64,000 nucleotides of DNA from an uncultured Gemmatimonadales bacterium (GTDB lineage Bacteria > Gemmatimonadota > Gemmatimonadetes > Gemmatimonadales > Gemmatimonadaceae), in contig CAWBZV010000005.1 of the NCBI GenBank assembly GCA_963793305.1, forward strand, positions 1,120,001 to 1,184,000. Reading direction: 5' to 3'. A model generated the notes under the pieces. The model was not told the DNA's origin, made no database searches, and saw nothing but the letters and a program-made list of their open reading frames with translations. A program made the position numbers and the translations under genes. Positions 31,493 through 41,293 of this stretch are shown in pieces (positions within the stretch are counted from its first letter, which is position 1; each line of letters starts with the position of its first letter).

Positions 31493-32539
31493 ATGCCATT
31501 GCCCGCGCTCAACGACCGCGAGCGTCGTATCCTTGAGGCCGTCATTCAGAGCTACGTAGAGACAGCCGAGCCCACTGGCTCGCGCAGCCTCGCCCGTCGC
31601 TTTGGTTTCGGCGTCTCGCCTGCGACGATCCGCAATACGATGAGCGACCTGGAGGAGAAGGGGTACCTGTACCACCCTCACACTTCCGCGGGCCGCGTGC
31701 CGACGGACATCGCATACCGGTTGTACGTCGACTCACTCATGCGCCTTTCTCCGGCTTCACTGCCGCTGCCGGAGAAAGACGACCTGATGGAACGCTTGGC
31801 CGCGGGCGGCTCGGCGATCGAAAATATTTTGCGGTGCGCCGCGCAGAGCCTCGGCCTGCTCACGCAAGAGTTGGGCATTGCGCTCGGTCCCCGCATGGAC
31901 CAGACCGTGCTCGAGCGTCTCGACCTGGTTCGCCTCTCGAGCGAGCGTCTGTTGCTGGTCCTCGGTCTCCGCGGCGGCGCCATGCGCACGATTTTCGTGG
32001 AGGTTGCGGGCGCGATCGCCGATCCGATCCTCACGGAAGTGGCGCTCGTCCTCAACGAACGGCTCGCGGGGCTGACGCTCCGGGAGATCCGCGCCTCGCT
32101 CGTCTCGCGCCTGCGCGACACGGTGCCGTCTGAAGAGGCGGGCCAGCTGTTGAACATCTTCGTGCAAGGTGCCGACTCGATGTTCGACGCCCCGCTCGCC
32201 ACCGACAATGATGTCGTGCTCGGCGCGGCGTCGGTGCTCGCCGAGCAGCCGGAGTTCGCCTCGGGCGATAGCCTGCGCCGGCTGATCGCGCTGACCGAGA
32301 CGCGTGCGTCTCTGTCCGAGCTGCTGCGCAAGCGCTCGACGGGTGGCGGCATCACGATCACGATCGGGAATGAGCACGCCGATCCGCGACTCGACAACTT
32401 GACGATCGTGACCGCCGAGTACCGCGCGGGTCCGCTCGGTGGCGTGATCGGTGTGATCGGCCCGACGCGGATGCCGTACGAGAAGGTGATTTCGCTCGTG
32501 AGTCACACGTCGCAGATGATCTCCGCGCTGTTCGCTTGA
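31493..32539 (+). CDS. hrcA: Heat-inducible transcription repressor HrcA
   Basis: SPATIRN.M..LE..GYL..PHTSAGRVPT, GVIGPTRMPY. Confidence 0.95.
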   Translation: MPLPALNDRERRILEAVIQSYVETAEPTGSRSLARRFGFGVSPATIRNTMSDLEEKGYLYHPHTSAGRVPTDIAYRLYVDSLMRLSPASLPLPEKDDLMERLAAGGSAIENILRCAAQSLGLLTQELGIALGPRMDQTVLERLDLVRLSSERLLLVLGLRGGAMRTIFVEVAGAIADPILTEVALVLNERLAGLTLREIRASLVSRLRDTVPSEEAGQLLNIFVQGADSMFDAPLATDNDVVLGAASVLAEQPEFASGDSLRRLIALTETRASLSELLRKRSTGGGITITIGNEHADPRLDNLTIVTAEYRAGPLGGVIGVIGPTRMPYEKVISLVSHTSQMISALFA

Positions 32540-32547
32540 GGACTGCT

Positions 32548-33678
32548 GTGGCCGATTTCTACTCCGTGCTCGGAGTAACGCGAACCGCGTCCGACGACGA
32601 GATCAAGAAAGCCTATCGCAAGCTCGCCATGCAGTATCATCCCGACCGCAACAACGGGTCGAAGGATGCCGAGGAGCAGTTCAAGGCGATCAGCGAGGCC
32701 TACGACGTCCTGCGCGACCCCAACAAGCGCGCGGTCTACGATCGCTACGGCGAAGCCGGCCTGCGGGGCGGCGGCGGTGGCGGATACCACCACGTCGACC
32801 TGTCCGAAGCGCTCAGCATGTTCATGCGCGACTTCGGCGGCCTGGGCGGGTTCAGCGACCTATTCGGCACCGGTCGTGGCCAGAGCAACCGCACCGGAGC
32901 GGATGTCAAAGTCCAGATCGACCTCACGCTGAGCGAGGTCGCGTCGGGCATCGACAAGACGCTCACCATGAAGCTCCTCGACGCGTGCGACAAGTGTAAC
33001 GGCAACGGCGCCGAGCCGGGCACGACGCCGCAACGCTGCGCGACGTGCGGTGGCAGCGGGGAAGTGCGCCGCGCCCAGCGCTCGTTCTTTGGCCAGTTCG
33101 TGAGCGTCGCGCCGTGCCCGACATGCGGCGGCGAGGGCACGGTCGTGTCGACGCCGTGCAAGAAGTGCCGTGGCGACGGTCGCGTGCGCGCCGAGAAGAC
33201 GTTGACGATCCGCGTACCGGCGGGCGTCGCCACGGGTCAGTACATGACGCTTCGCGGCCGCGGCAACGCGGGTCCGCGCGGCGGCGAGCGTGGCGATGTC
33301 ATCGCCATTTTCAACGTGCAGGATGACCCGCGGTTCGAGCGTGACGGCGATGATCTCTACAGCGAGGTCTTGGTCTCCTACCCGCAGCTCGTCTTCGGCG
33401 CGGACCTCGACGTGCCGACGGTCACGGGGACGGTCGGCCTCCGTGTGCCGCCATCGACACACAGCGGGCACGTGTTCCACATCCGCGGCAAGGGGCTCCC
33501 GCGCGTGAACGCCACGGGTATGGGTGACCTGCACGTCCGCGTGCAGCTCTGGACGCCCGATGCACTCACGCGCGATGAGGAGGCGCTGATCCGCAAGCTC
33601 GCCGAGGTCGAGTCGAAGCCTCCGCAGACTCGCGCCAAAGGGTTTTGGACGAAGATGAAAGAAGCGCTGGGCGCGTGA
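32548..33678 (+). CDS. dnaJ: Chaperone DnaJ
   Basis: J-domain HPD, four CxxCxGxG repeats; GTG start after GAGG. Confidence 0.96.
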   Translation: MADFYSVLGVTRTASDDEIKKAYRKLAMQYHPDRNNGSKDAEEQFKAISEAYDVLRDPNKRAVYDRYGEAGLRGGGGGGYHHVDLSEALSMFMRDFGGLGGFSDLFGTGRGQSNRTGADVKVQIDLTLSEVASGIDKTLTMKLLDACDKCNGNGAEPGTTPQRCATCGGSGEVRRAQRSFFGQFVSVAPCPTCGGEGTVVSTPCKKCRGDGRVRAEKTLTIRVPAGVATGQYMTLRGRGNAGPRGGERGDVIAIFNVQDDPRFERDGDDLYSEVLVSYPQLVFGADLDVPTVTGTVGLRVPPSTHSGHVFHIRGKGLPRVNATGMGDLHVRVQLWTPDALTRDEEALIRKLAEVESKPPQTRAKGFWTKMKEALGA

Positions 33679-34478
33679 CCTGGTTTTCGGTGCGCGTTTG
33701 GCCCGATGAGGCCACGCGCGACGCCGTGACCCAGGTGCTGTTCGATCACGGTTGCGCGGCGCTCCAAGACGATGGCCCATCGATCGTCACCTGCTTCCCC
33801 GAAGAACAGATCGCGGCGCTCCGTGCGGCGATCGCTCCGGAGGTCCGCGTTGAGATCGCGGCGATCGCAGACGTTGACTGGTCGGAGCGCTGGAAGGACC
33901 AGCTCCACGCGCACCGTATCGGTTCGCTGACGATCGCCCCGCCATGGCTGGCCACCCCGGGCGCAATTGTCATTGAGCCGGCGATGGCGTTCGGTACCGG
34001 CGACCACCCCACCACGCGCGGCATGCTGCACCTGATGCAGAGGGTAATTCGCCGCGGCGATTTGGTCGCCGACCTCGGCGCCGGCAGCGCGGTCTTGTCG
34101 ATCGCCGCTGCGATGCTCGGGGCGTCGCGAGTCGCGGCGATCGAGATCGACGCCGAGGCGATAAGCAACGCCGAGCTCAACGTGCGCCACAATGGTGCCG
34201 ACGACCGCGTGCAAGTGCTTCAGGGCGACGCCGCGCTACTGCTCCCACTCCTCGCGCCAGTTCGTGTTGTCCTCGCAAATATTATTTCTTCAGTCCTCGT
34301 GGAACTCTTGCCCACGATGGACGCGAGTCTCACCGCCAATGGCGCGATGATCGTCAGCGGCGTGTTGCGCGCGGAGCGCGCACACATGCTGTCCGTATTC
34401 GAGTCCGCTGGCTGGCTGCTGGCCGATGAGACCACCGAGGCCGACTGGTGGAGCGCGAGTTTCGAGCGAGCCACATGA
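33675..34478 (+). CDS. prmA: Ribosomal protein L11 methyltransferase
   Basis: IEPAMAFGTGDHPTT, DLGAGSAVL, LANI; follows dnaJ. Confidence 0.92.
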   Translation: MTWFSVRVWPDEATRDAVTQVLFDHGCAALQDDGPSIVTCFPEEQIAALRAAIAPEVRVEIAAIADVDWSERWKDQLHAHRIGSLTIAPPWLATPGAIVIEPAMAFGTGDHPTTRGMLHLMQRVIRRGDLVADLGAGSAVLSIAAAMLGASRVAAIEIDAEAISNAELNVRHNGADDRVQVLQGDAALLLPLLAPVRVVLANIISSVLVELLPTMDASLTANGAMIVSGVLRAERAHMLSVFESAGWLLADETTEADWWSASFERAT

Positions 34479-35180
34479 TCGGGCTATTCACCCAGGGCCC
34501 GTTCACCGTCGGCGAAACGGTCACCGTCGAAGACGCGGCAACCCACCACCTGCGCGTGCGACGCGCCACGATGGGCAACGCGATCGCCCTCTACGACGGC
34601 GCGGGCACAACCGCCGAAGGCCAGCTGACACTGTTGACGACCCACCGGGCGGTGGTCTCGATTACCTCCGTCCGCCATATCGACGCGCCACCGGCGGTCC
34701 ACCTGCTCGTACCGATCGCCGACCGCGATCGAATGCTCTGGCTCGCCGAGAAGGCCACCGAGCTGGGACTCACGTCCTGGCGCGCCGTGAACTGGCGCCG
34801 CTCGCGCAGCGTGTCGCCACGCGGCGAGGGCCCGTCGTTCGCCGCCAAAGTGCGTGCCCGGATGTGCGCCGCCATCGAACAGTCCGGCAATCCCTGGCTG
34901 CCGACGGTCGAGCCAGAACGTCGACCCGGCGGTCGCGGCAACCGAATCCTCAGGCGCCCGTTACGTGCTGGCCGCCGGTGCCCCACTGATGGCGAGCCCA
35001 CTCACGGCACCGCTCACGCTCGCCCTCGGCCCCGAGGGTGGAATCGAGGACGACGAGGCGGCACTCTTCGAGCGCTCCGGCTTCATCCCGGTATCCGTCG
35101 GAGCACACACGTTACGGTTCGAGACCGCCGGCGTCGTCGCCCTCGGCCTCGCCCGCGCCCTGCTGGAGCACACGCGATGA
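34475..35180 (+). CDS. rsmE: 16S rRNA m3U1498 methyltransferase, +1 frameshift at 34916-34922 (about 234 aa if repaired)
   Basis: HHLRVRR, EKATELG, AIEQSG in the first frame; LGPEGG and LRFETAG in the second. Confidence 0.9.
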
Positions 35181-35524
35181 GTGATGAGGCGACCTGCCTG
35201 TTCTGCCGGATCGTGCGCCACGAGATCCCGGCACAGATCGTCAGCGAGACCCCGGACACGATCGCTTTCCGCGACATCAACCCGCAGGCGCCGCAGCACA
35301 TTCTCGTGATCCCGCGCCGTCACGTCGCGAATCTGAACGCGCTCGATGACCCGGCCCTGGTCGGCAAGCTCGCCGCCGCCGCGACGGATATCGCCCGCAA
35401 GGAAGGTTTCGCCGACAGCGGTTATCGCATTGTGATCAACACACTCGCCGACGGCGGCCAAACGGTCGACCATCTCCATCTGCACGTACTCGGCGGCCGC
35501 CACATGAAGTGGCCGCCGGGATAG
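35177..35524 (+). CDS. hinT: Histidine triad nucleotide-binding protein (HinT)
   Basis: CLFCRI, AFRDINPQAP, GQTVDHLHLHVLGGR..WPPG; ATG overlaps the rsmE stop. Confidence 0.93.
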   Translation: MSDEATCLFCRIVRHEIPAQIVSETPDTIAFRDINPQAPQHILVIPRRHVANLNALDDPALVGKLAAAATDIARKEGFADSGYRIVINTLADGGQTVDHLHLHVLGGRHMKWPPG

Positions 35525-35564
35525 TCCGCTACTTCACGAGCGCCTCGAAGGCGGCCACTTCATG
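35503..35564. repeat. Perfect 15-bp inverted repeat CATGAAGTGGCCGCC / GGCGGCCACTTCATG with 32-nt spacer
   Basis: Arms at 35503-35517 and 35550-35564, between convergent genes. Confidence 0.8.
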
Positions 35565-35613
35565 CATCGGTTGGACTAACGCGTCGGCTGGCGCCGATCG
35601 CGGGGCCCCCGGG

Positions 35614-36420
35614 CTAGAGCGTTATCAGTGCGAGCTCGGGTCGCGACCCGACGCGCAGAGGAATGCCCGAATTCCCGAGCCCGCGACTGACGTACATGGC
35701 ATGCCCGTTGGGCCCAGCGTACCAGCCTTTGACATAGGGCCCGCTGCCCTCGGGCACAAAGACGGCCAGGCCGAACGGCGCGATCTGCCCACCGTGCGTA
35801 TGCCCGGAGAGCACGAGCGCGGGCCGGGTGGCCGCTTGCGCCACGGCGTCGAACGTGACCGGGCAATGGGACATCACGACGGTTCTCGCGCTGCCAGACG
35901 GCAGCCGCTGCAGCAGCCCGTAATCGGGCAAGCCAGCTCGCCAGTCATCGAGGCCAACGAGATCGACGGGCGCGCCGCCGATGTTGAGCCTCAGCGTCTC
36001 GTTGACGAGCAGCCGCACACCCGCGTGCTCGTAATGCCGCTTGAGCGCGCCGAGATCGCAGAGCCCTTGGTACTCCCAATTTCCAAGCGTCGCATACTTG
36101 CCGAGCGGCGCATCGATTGCCCCGTAGAACTCGACATGATGCTCACGCCCTCGCTGATCCACGGCATCGCCGGCAATCGCGATGACATCGGGCTTGAATG
36201 CCTGAACGGCCGCAATCAACCGTTTGCCTTCGACATAGTCGTGCGGCGAATGCATGTCCGTCAGCAGCGCGAGCCGTAAAGGCGGCGCTCCGGGTGCCAT
36301 CGGATGCCCGTGGGTCGTCACCTCCAGCTCGTTGGAGGAGGCGCCGTACAGGGCGCCTAGCGCTCCAGCCGTTCCGAGCGCGGCCGTGCCCAGGAAGCGG
36401 CGCCGTGACAGATCAGGCAT
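35614..36420 (-). CDS. Calcineurin-like metallophosphoesterase (YkuE-like) with Tat-like signal
   Basis: SRRRFL twin-arginine; TDMH, GDAVD, GNWE, SGHTHGGQ, VSRGLG. Confidence 0.9.
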   Translation of the reverse strand: MPDLSRRRFLGTAALGTAGALGALYGASSNELEVTTHGHPMAPGAPPLRLALLTDMHSPHDYVEGKRLIAAVQAFKPDVIAIAGDAVDQRGREHHVEFYGAIDAPLGKYATLGNWEYQGLCDLGALKRHYEHAGVRLLVNETLRLNIGGAPVDLVGLDDWRAGLPDYGLLQRLPSGSARTVVMSHCPVTFDAVAQAATRPALVLSGHTHGGQIAPFGLAVFVPEGSGPYVKGWYAGPNGHAMYVSRGLGNSGIPLRVGSRPELALITL

Positions 36421-36433
36421 ACGGGAATATAGC

Positions 36434-36462
36434 TTGACATGCGTTCTCGGAACTGATTTATT
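36434..36462 (+). promoter_or_regulatory. Putative sigma70 promoter for the rpsU operon (TTGACA-17-TTTATT)
   Basis: Perfect -35 at 36434-36439 with an AT-rich, imperfect -10. Confidence 0.45.
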
Positions 36463-36503
36463 TCAAGGCAGTTAGGTCACTTCATCAAATAGGGGAATTG
36501 CGT

Positions 36504-36692
36504 TTGTCAGAAGTAATTATTCACGACGACGAGAACTTCGAGCGCGCCTTGAAGCGCTTCAAGAAGAAGTGCGAGAAGGCGGGCATTCTTTCAGACCTCC
36601 GGAAGCACCGGCACTATGAGAAGCCGAGCGAACGCCGCAAGCGGAAGATGAACGCGGCGATGCGCAAAAACCGGCGGACTCGGCACGCCTGA
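36504..36692 (+). CDS. rpsU: 30S ribosomal protein S21
   Basis: [12 protein letters not shown]...[14 protein letters not shown] start 8 nt after AGGGG. Confidence 0.95.
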   Translation: MSEVIIHDDENFERALKRFKKKCEKAGILSDLRKHRHYEKPSERRKRKMNAAMRKNRRTRHA

Positions 36693-36699
36693 GGCGCGC

Positions 36700-37143
36700 G
36701 TGGCCGAGCTAACGGCGCGGCTACAGTCGGATCTCAACGCCGCGCGCAAAGCGCAGGACAAACCAGGGACGTTGCTCTTGAGCACGATCCTGGCTGACGT
36801 CAAGAACCGCCGAATCGAGCTGGGCCGTGACCCTAGCGACAATGAAGTGGCTGACGTGCTACGCAAAGGCATCAAGCGACGCCGCGAGGCGATCGAGCTG
36901 TACGATAAGGGCAATCGCCCGGAGCTCGCCGAGAAGGAGCGCGTCGAGGTGCGCTCTCTCGAGAAGTATCTGCCCGCGCAGGTCGATCCGGCCGAGCTCC
37001 GAGAGGCCATACGGGCCGCGATAGCGGCCGGCGCGACGAATATCGGGGCGGTGATGGGAAAGGTGGTTCCGCAGTATAAAGGACGCGCGGAAGGCAGCGT
37101 CCTCTCCGCCATTGCGCGCGAGGAGCTCGCCGCCCGGGGGTGA
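36700..37143 (+). CDS. GatB/YqeY domain protein
   Basis: KRRREAIELY..GNR.ELAEKE, YLPAQ, GAVMG; follows rpsU. Confidence 0.9.
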   Translation: MAELTARLQSDLNAARKAQDKPGTLLLSTILADVKNRRIELGRDPSDNEVADVLRKGIKRRREAIELYDKGNRPELAEKERVEVRSLEKYLPAQVDPAELREAIRAAIAAGATNIGAVMGKVVPQYKGRAEGSVLSAIAREELAARG

Positions 37144-39542
37144 ACGCCCATGCGCTGGGCGTGCTGGAGTTGCCGCGCGTCCTCGAGCTTGTCGCCCAGC
37201 GCGCAACGTCGGACCTCGGCGCCGCCCGCGTACGCTCAGCCTCGCCCAATCCCGATCGGTCGTGGATCGAGCGCGAGCAAACCCGTATCGTCGCCGTTCG
37301 CGCGCTCATCACCGCCGACCACCCTTGGTCGCCCGAACCGATCCCGGATCTCACGTCCGCGCTGGCTCGCCTTCGCATCGAAGGCACCTCGTGGTTGGGG
37401 TCGGAATTATTATCGGGCGCCGTCTTACTGCGATCCTCCCGTCTTACACGCCATGCTCTCGTAGATGCTCGCATAGTATTGGCCGATTTCGCCGAGCGGA
37501 TGGTCGTAGCGCCAGACCAGGAAAAATCGATCGCGCGTGCCATCAATGACGATGGAGCCGTACGCGATGGTGCGTCGCCGCTCCTCGCCAGGCTGCGCCG
37601 AGATCTCAAGGGAGCACAGCTTGAGCTGATCCGCTTGCTGGAGCGGATCATGTCGCGCTTGGATCCTGGCCAACAAGTCGCCGACGGCTCGGTGACGATG
37701 CGCAACGGCCGCTACGTCATCCCGGTGCGCCGCGGCGGTCAGGTGTCGGTCGGCGGGATCGTGCACGACACGTCGTCGACCGGCGCGACGTTGTTTGTGG
37801 AACCGCCGGCAGCCGTCGAAGCAGGAAACCGCATCCGCGAGATGGAAGCCGACGAGGCCCGCGAAGTCGAACGCGTGCTTCGTGAGCTGACGGATGCGTT
37901 ACGACCGCTGCATGCCGCGCTCGTGGATGCGCTCGACGCGCTCGTGGAGCTCGACACCCTGGCGGCCCGCGCGCGCTACGCGATCGACTTCAACTGCGCG
38001 ACCCCGGATCTGGCGGAACCGGAAGCGGGGATGACCATCCGCGACGGTCGCCATCCGTTGCTGCTGGCACAGGGGATCCCGGTCGTCCCGTTCGACCTCG
38101 AGATGGCCCCGAATGAGCGCACGCTACTGCTATCGGGCCCGAACACCGGTGGGAAAACCGTGCTGCTCAAATCCGTCGGCCTCTTCTCGGCGATGGTGAG
38201 CACCGGGCTCCCGGCCCCTGTCGGCCCGGAGAGCCGCGTCCCGCTCTACGATGAGATCTTCGCCGATATCGGCGACGAGCAGTCGATCGCCGCGAGCCTC
38301 TCGACATTCAGCGCGCACGTCAAGAACTTGGGCGACATATTGGCGCATGCCACCGCGCGCTCCCTCGTGCTGATCGACGAGCTCGGCTCCGGCACCGACC
38401 CCATCGAGGGCGCCGCGCTCGGCGGCGCCGTGCTCGAGGATCTCACGGGCCGCGGGACGATGACGCTCGCCACGACGCACCTGGGCGCGCTCAAGGACCT
38501 CGCGTCGGAAGTCTCCGGCGTGGTCAACGCGTCATTGCAGTTCAACGTCGCCAAGCTCGAGCCGACCTATCGCTTGCAAAAGGGCGTGCCGGGTCGCTCG
38601 TACGGCCTCAGCATCGCCCGGCGGCTGCAACTCCCGGATGTCGTACTGGCCCGCGCCGAGGAGCGAGTGCCGCGCGCCGAGCGCGATGTCGACGCCCTGC
38701 TCGCGGATCTGGAGCGTCGGGACGCGATGCTCGCCGAGCAAGAGGCCCACGCGGCCGAGCTGATCGCCGGCGCCGAGTCCCGGTTCTCGCGCCTAGAAGC
38801 CCGCGAGCAGGCGGTGCGCGACCGCGAGCGGGATGTCTCGCGGAGTGCCCACGAAGACGCGCGGCAATACATTCTCCGCGCCCGCCGCGAAATCGACCGC
38901 GTGGTCTCCGAGCTCCGTGCCGCCGCAACGCCTGACGCGATCCGCTCGGCGCGCCGGCAAATCGAGTCGCTCGCCACTGACCACGCGGACGCCACTGCCG
39001 ACGCCGACGCCAGTGACCACGCGCCATTCGATGGTTCACCGGAAGGCACCCCGGAGGGCACTCCGTCGTCGTCCCGCCGTCCTTCACGCGAGGCGCCGAA
39101 GGCGCCGAGCGTGGGATCCTGGGTGGAGCTCGGCACACTAGGCGGTCGCCTGGGCCGAGTCCTGGAGCTACGCCAAGACGATGCCGTCGTAGCCGTTGGC
39201 TCACTCAAGATGACGGTACCACTTGCCACGCTGCGCCCATCGCGCCAGACCGCGCCGGTGGAGACAGTGCCGGTGCTGCCCAATGTACTGGAAGCCCCTG
39301 CGGCGCCCGAGGTCGACCTGCGTGGGATGCGAGTAGACGAAGCCGAGGAGCAGGTGATGTACGCCTTGGACGCCGCAATCCGCGCCGACCTCCCGTCGCT
39401 CCGAGTGATCCACGGAAAGGGCACCGGCGCGCTCCGCGAGCGCGTGGCGGAGATGCTCCGCAAGGATTCTCGCGTCAAGCACTTCCGCCTCGGCGCCTGG
39501 AACGAGGGCGGCGCAGGCGTGACGATCGCGGAGCTCGCGTGA
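37140..39542 (+). CDS. mutS2: Endonuclease/ribosome rescue factor MutS2
   Basis: GPNTGGKT, DIGDEQSI..SLSTFS, DELGSGTDP, C-terminal Smr domain IHGKGTG. Confidence 0.94.
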   Translation: MNAHALGVLELPRVLELVAQRATSDLGAARVRSASPNPDRSWIEREQTRIVAVRALITADHPWSPEPIPDLTSALARLRIEGTSWLGSELLSGAVLLRSSRLTRHALVDARIVLADFAERMVVAPDQEKSIARAINDDGAVRDGASPLLARLRRDLKGAQLELIRLLERIMSRLDPGQQVADGSVTMRNGRYVIPVRRGGQVSVGGIVHDTSSTGATLFVEPPAAVEAGNRIREMEADEAREVERVLRELTDALRPLHAALVDALDALVELDTLAARARYAIDFNCATPDLAEPEAGMTIRDGRHPLLLAQGIPVVPFDLEMAPNERTLLLSGPNTGGKTVLLKSVGLFSAMVSTGLPAPVGPESRVPLYDEIFADIGDEQSIAASLSTFSAHVKNLGDILAHATARSLVLIDELGSGTDPIEGAALGGAVLEDLTGRGTMTLATTHLGALKDLASEVSGVVNASLQFNVAKLEPTYRLQKGVPGRSYGLSIARRLQLPDVVLARAEERVPRAERDVDALLADLERRDAMLAEQEAHAAELIAGAESRFSRLEAREQAVRDRERDVSRSAHEDARQYILRARREIDRVVSELRAAATPDAIRSARRQIESLATDHADATADADASDHAPFDGSPEGTPEGTPSSSRRPSREAPKAPSVGSWVELGTLGGRLGRVLELRQDDAVVAVGSLKMTVPLATLRPSRQTAPVETVPVLPNVLEAPAAPEVDLRGMRVDEAEEQVMYALDAAIRADLPSLRVIHGKGTGALRERVAEMLRKDSRVKHFRLGAWNEGGAGVTIAELA

Positions 39543-41293
39543 CGCGCGAGGAAGTGAGGGAACGCGTTCGCGAGGCCTCGGATATCGTTCAGATCATCGG
39601 CGAGTCGGTCTCCCTCAAACGCCAGGGCAACACGTACCGCGGCCCATGCCCATTTCACAATGGGAAGGACCGGAATTTCACGGTCTGGCCGAAGTCCGGC
39701 GTTTACAAGTGCTTCGTGTGCCACGAGAGCGGCGATGTCTTCAGCTTCCTGCAGAAGCGTCTCGGGATGGATTTCCCGAGCGCCCTCAAGTCGGTCGCCG
39801 AGAAGTCGGGCATCGATCTTCCGCGTTCCGATCCACATGGCTCGGCGGCCCCGGACTCTCGCGAGCCACTCTGGGAGACTCTCGCCGTCGCCGCGGACCA
39901 CTTCTCCCGACTGTTATGGGATGATCCGGCTGCCGAGGCGGCGCGCGCGTATCTGGCCTCGCGCCAGATCGATCGCGCCACGGCCGACCGATTCGGCCTT
40001 GGTTACGCGGCCGATGGCGAACGGGTGTTGTCCCACCTCCGAAGCCTCGGATTCGATGATGCGCGCCTGACCGAGGTCGGTCTCCGCACGGTCGGGGATG
40101 AGGAGCGAAAACCAGCCCCGCGCTTCTGGCACCGCCTCATGATCCCGATCCACGATGCCTCGGGACATGTCGTGGGGTTCGGCGGCCGGACGCTCGGCGC
40201 CGCGAAGCCCAAGTACCTCAACTCGCCCGATTCGCCGATTTTCTCGAAGAGCAAGCTGTTATACGGGTTCTACGCCGCAAAGCTCGCTATGCGGCGAGAA
40301 GCCAAGGCCATCCTGGTCGAGGGGTACTTCGACCTGATTCGTGTCGCCACGGCGGGGATCGACTATGTGGTCGCGTCCATGGGGACGGCGTTGACGGAGC
40401 CCCAGGCCCAGTTGCTGGCGCGTTACACTCGGCAAGTCATGATCGCGTATGACAGCGATCGTCCAGGTCTCGAAGCCACATTTCGTTCCGCCGATGCCTT
40501 GCTGGAACATGGCGTTCGGGTCCGCGTCGTGACATTGCCGCCTGGAGAGGACCCAGACAGCTTCGTCGCCAAGCACTCTCGCGCGGATTTCGAGGCTCAA
40601 CTCGCTCAGGCCCTCGACGTATTCGATCGGAAGGTGCAACTTGCGGAACGCGGCGGATGGTTTGCCGATCTTGGCAAGAAGCGCCGCGCGATCGACAAGT
40701 TGTTGCCGACCATTCGCGTGACGGCTGATCCAATCACTCAACAACTCTATGTTGGCCGACTGGCCGAGGCATCGGGCGTCAGCGCTGATGTCTTATGGCG
40801 AGAGATCGGCGTGACCCCTGACCCAGTCACGGTCCCGCGCCAGAATCCTCCTCGCGCCGGCCGCTCGTCACTACAGGCGCGGTCGGGATCGATCCCCGGC
40901 CTCAACTCGGAGCGTTGGCTCGTCCAGTATCTCCTCGCCGCTCGCTCGCTGTTGGAGTCCGTGGCGCCCCGCGTGGACGTGTCGATGCTGCGCGACCCGG
41001 CGTCCCGGGCCATTTACGGCGCGCTTCGCGCCGCCGGACCGGACGCGACCTTGGACGAGCTGACGAAGAATTTGTCGCCGGATGAGATTGCGCTGGTGCA
41101 AGAGATGCAGGCAAAAGGAACCATGGGCGCCAACCCGACCGTCGCGGTCGAGCAATGCATCGCCAAGCTCCACGAGCGGGCGATCAATGAGCAAGCGCGC
41201 GAGATCGATGAGAAGATCAAGTACGCAAGTGAAGCGCAGAAGACCGAATTGACGAAAGAGAAAACCCGGTTACGGAGGCGTGGTGCACCCTGA
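39539..41293 (+). CDS. dnaG: DNA primase
   Basis: CPFH zinc finger, FGGR, KYLNSP, VEGYFD, TOPRIM DSD, DPD. Confidence 0.95.
   Translation: MTREEVRERVREASDIVQIIGESVSLKRQGNTYRGPCPFHNGKDRNFTVWPKSGVYKCFVCHESGDVFSFLQKRLGMDFPSALKSVAEKSGIDLPRSDPHGSAAPDSREPLWETLAVAADHFSRLLWDDPAAEAARAYLASRQIDRATADRFGLGYAADGERVLSHLRSLGFDDARLTEVGLRTVGDEERKPAPRFWHRLMIPIHDASGHVVGFGGRTLGAAKPKYLNSPDSPIFSKSKLLYGFYAAKLAMRREAKAILVEGYFDLIRVATAGIDYVVASMGTALTEPQAQLLARYTRQVMIAYDSDRPGLEATFRSADALLEHGVRVRVVTLPPGEDPDSFVAKHSRADFEAQLAQALDVFDRKVQLAERGGWFADLGKKRRAIDKLLPTIRVTADPITQQLYVGRLAEASGVSADVLWREIGVTPDPVTVPRQNPPRAGRSSLQARSGSIPGLNSERWLVQYLLAARSLLESVAPRVDVSMLRDPASRAIYGALRAAGPDATLDELTKNLSPDEIALVQEMQAKGTMGANPTVAVEQCIAKLHERAINEQAREIDEKIKYASEAQKTELTKEKTRLRRRGAP

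Noticed and set aside
31400..32547. CIRCE operator near hrcA or dnaJ
   Set aside because: No TTAGCACTC-N9-GAGTGCTAA-like repeat seen.
34448..35524. Apparent RsmE-HIT fusion protein in the ORF track
   Set aside because: Caused by the +1 lesion at 34916-34922. The RsmE C-terminus is in another frame and hinT has its own ATG overlapping the true rsmE stop.
38567..39901. Long antisense or alternate-frame ORFs (also 7822..9036, 9624..10943, 57179..58510, 61959..63233)
   Set aside because: Shadow ORFs of well-supported genes in high-GC DNA, with no recognisable motifs.
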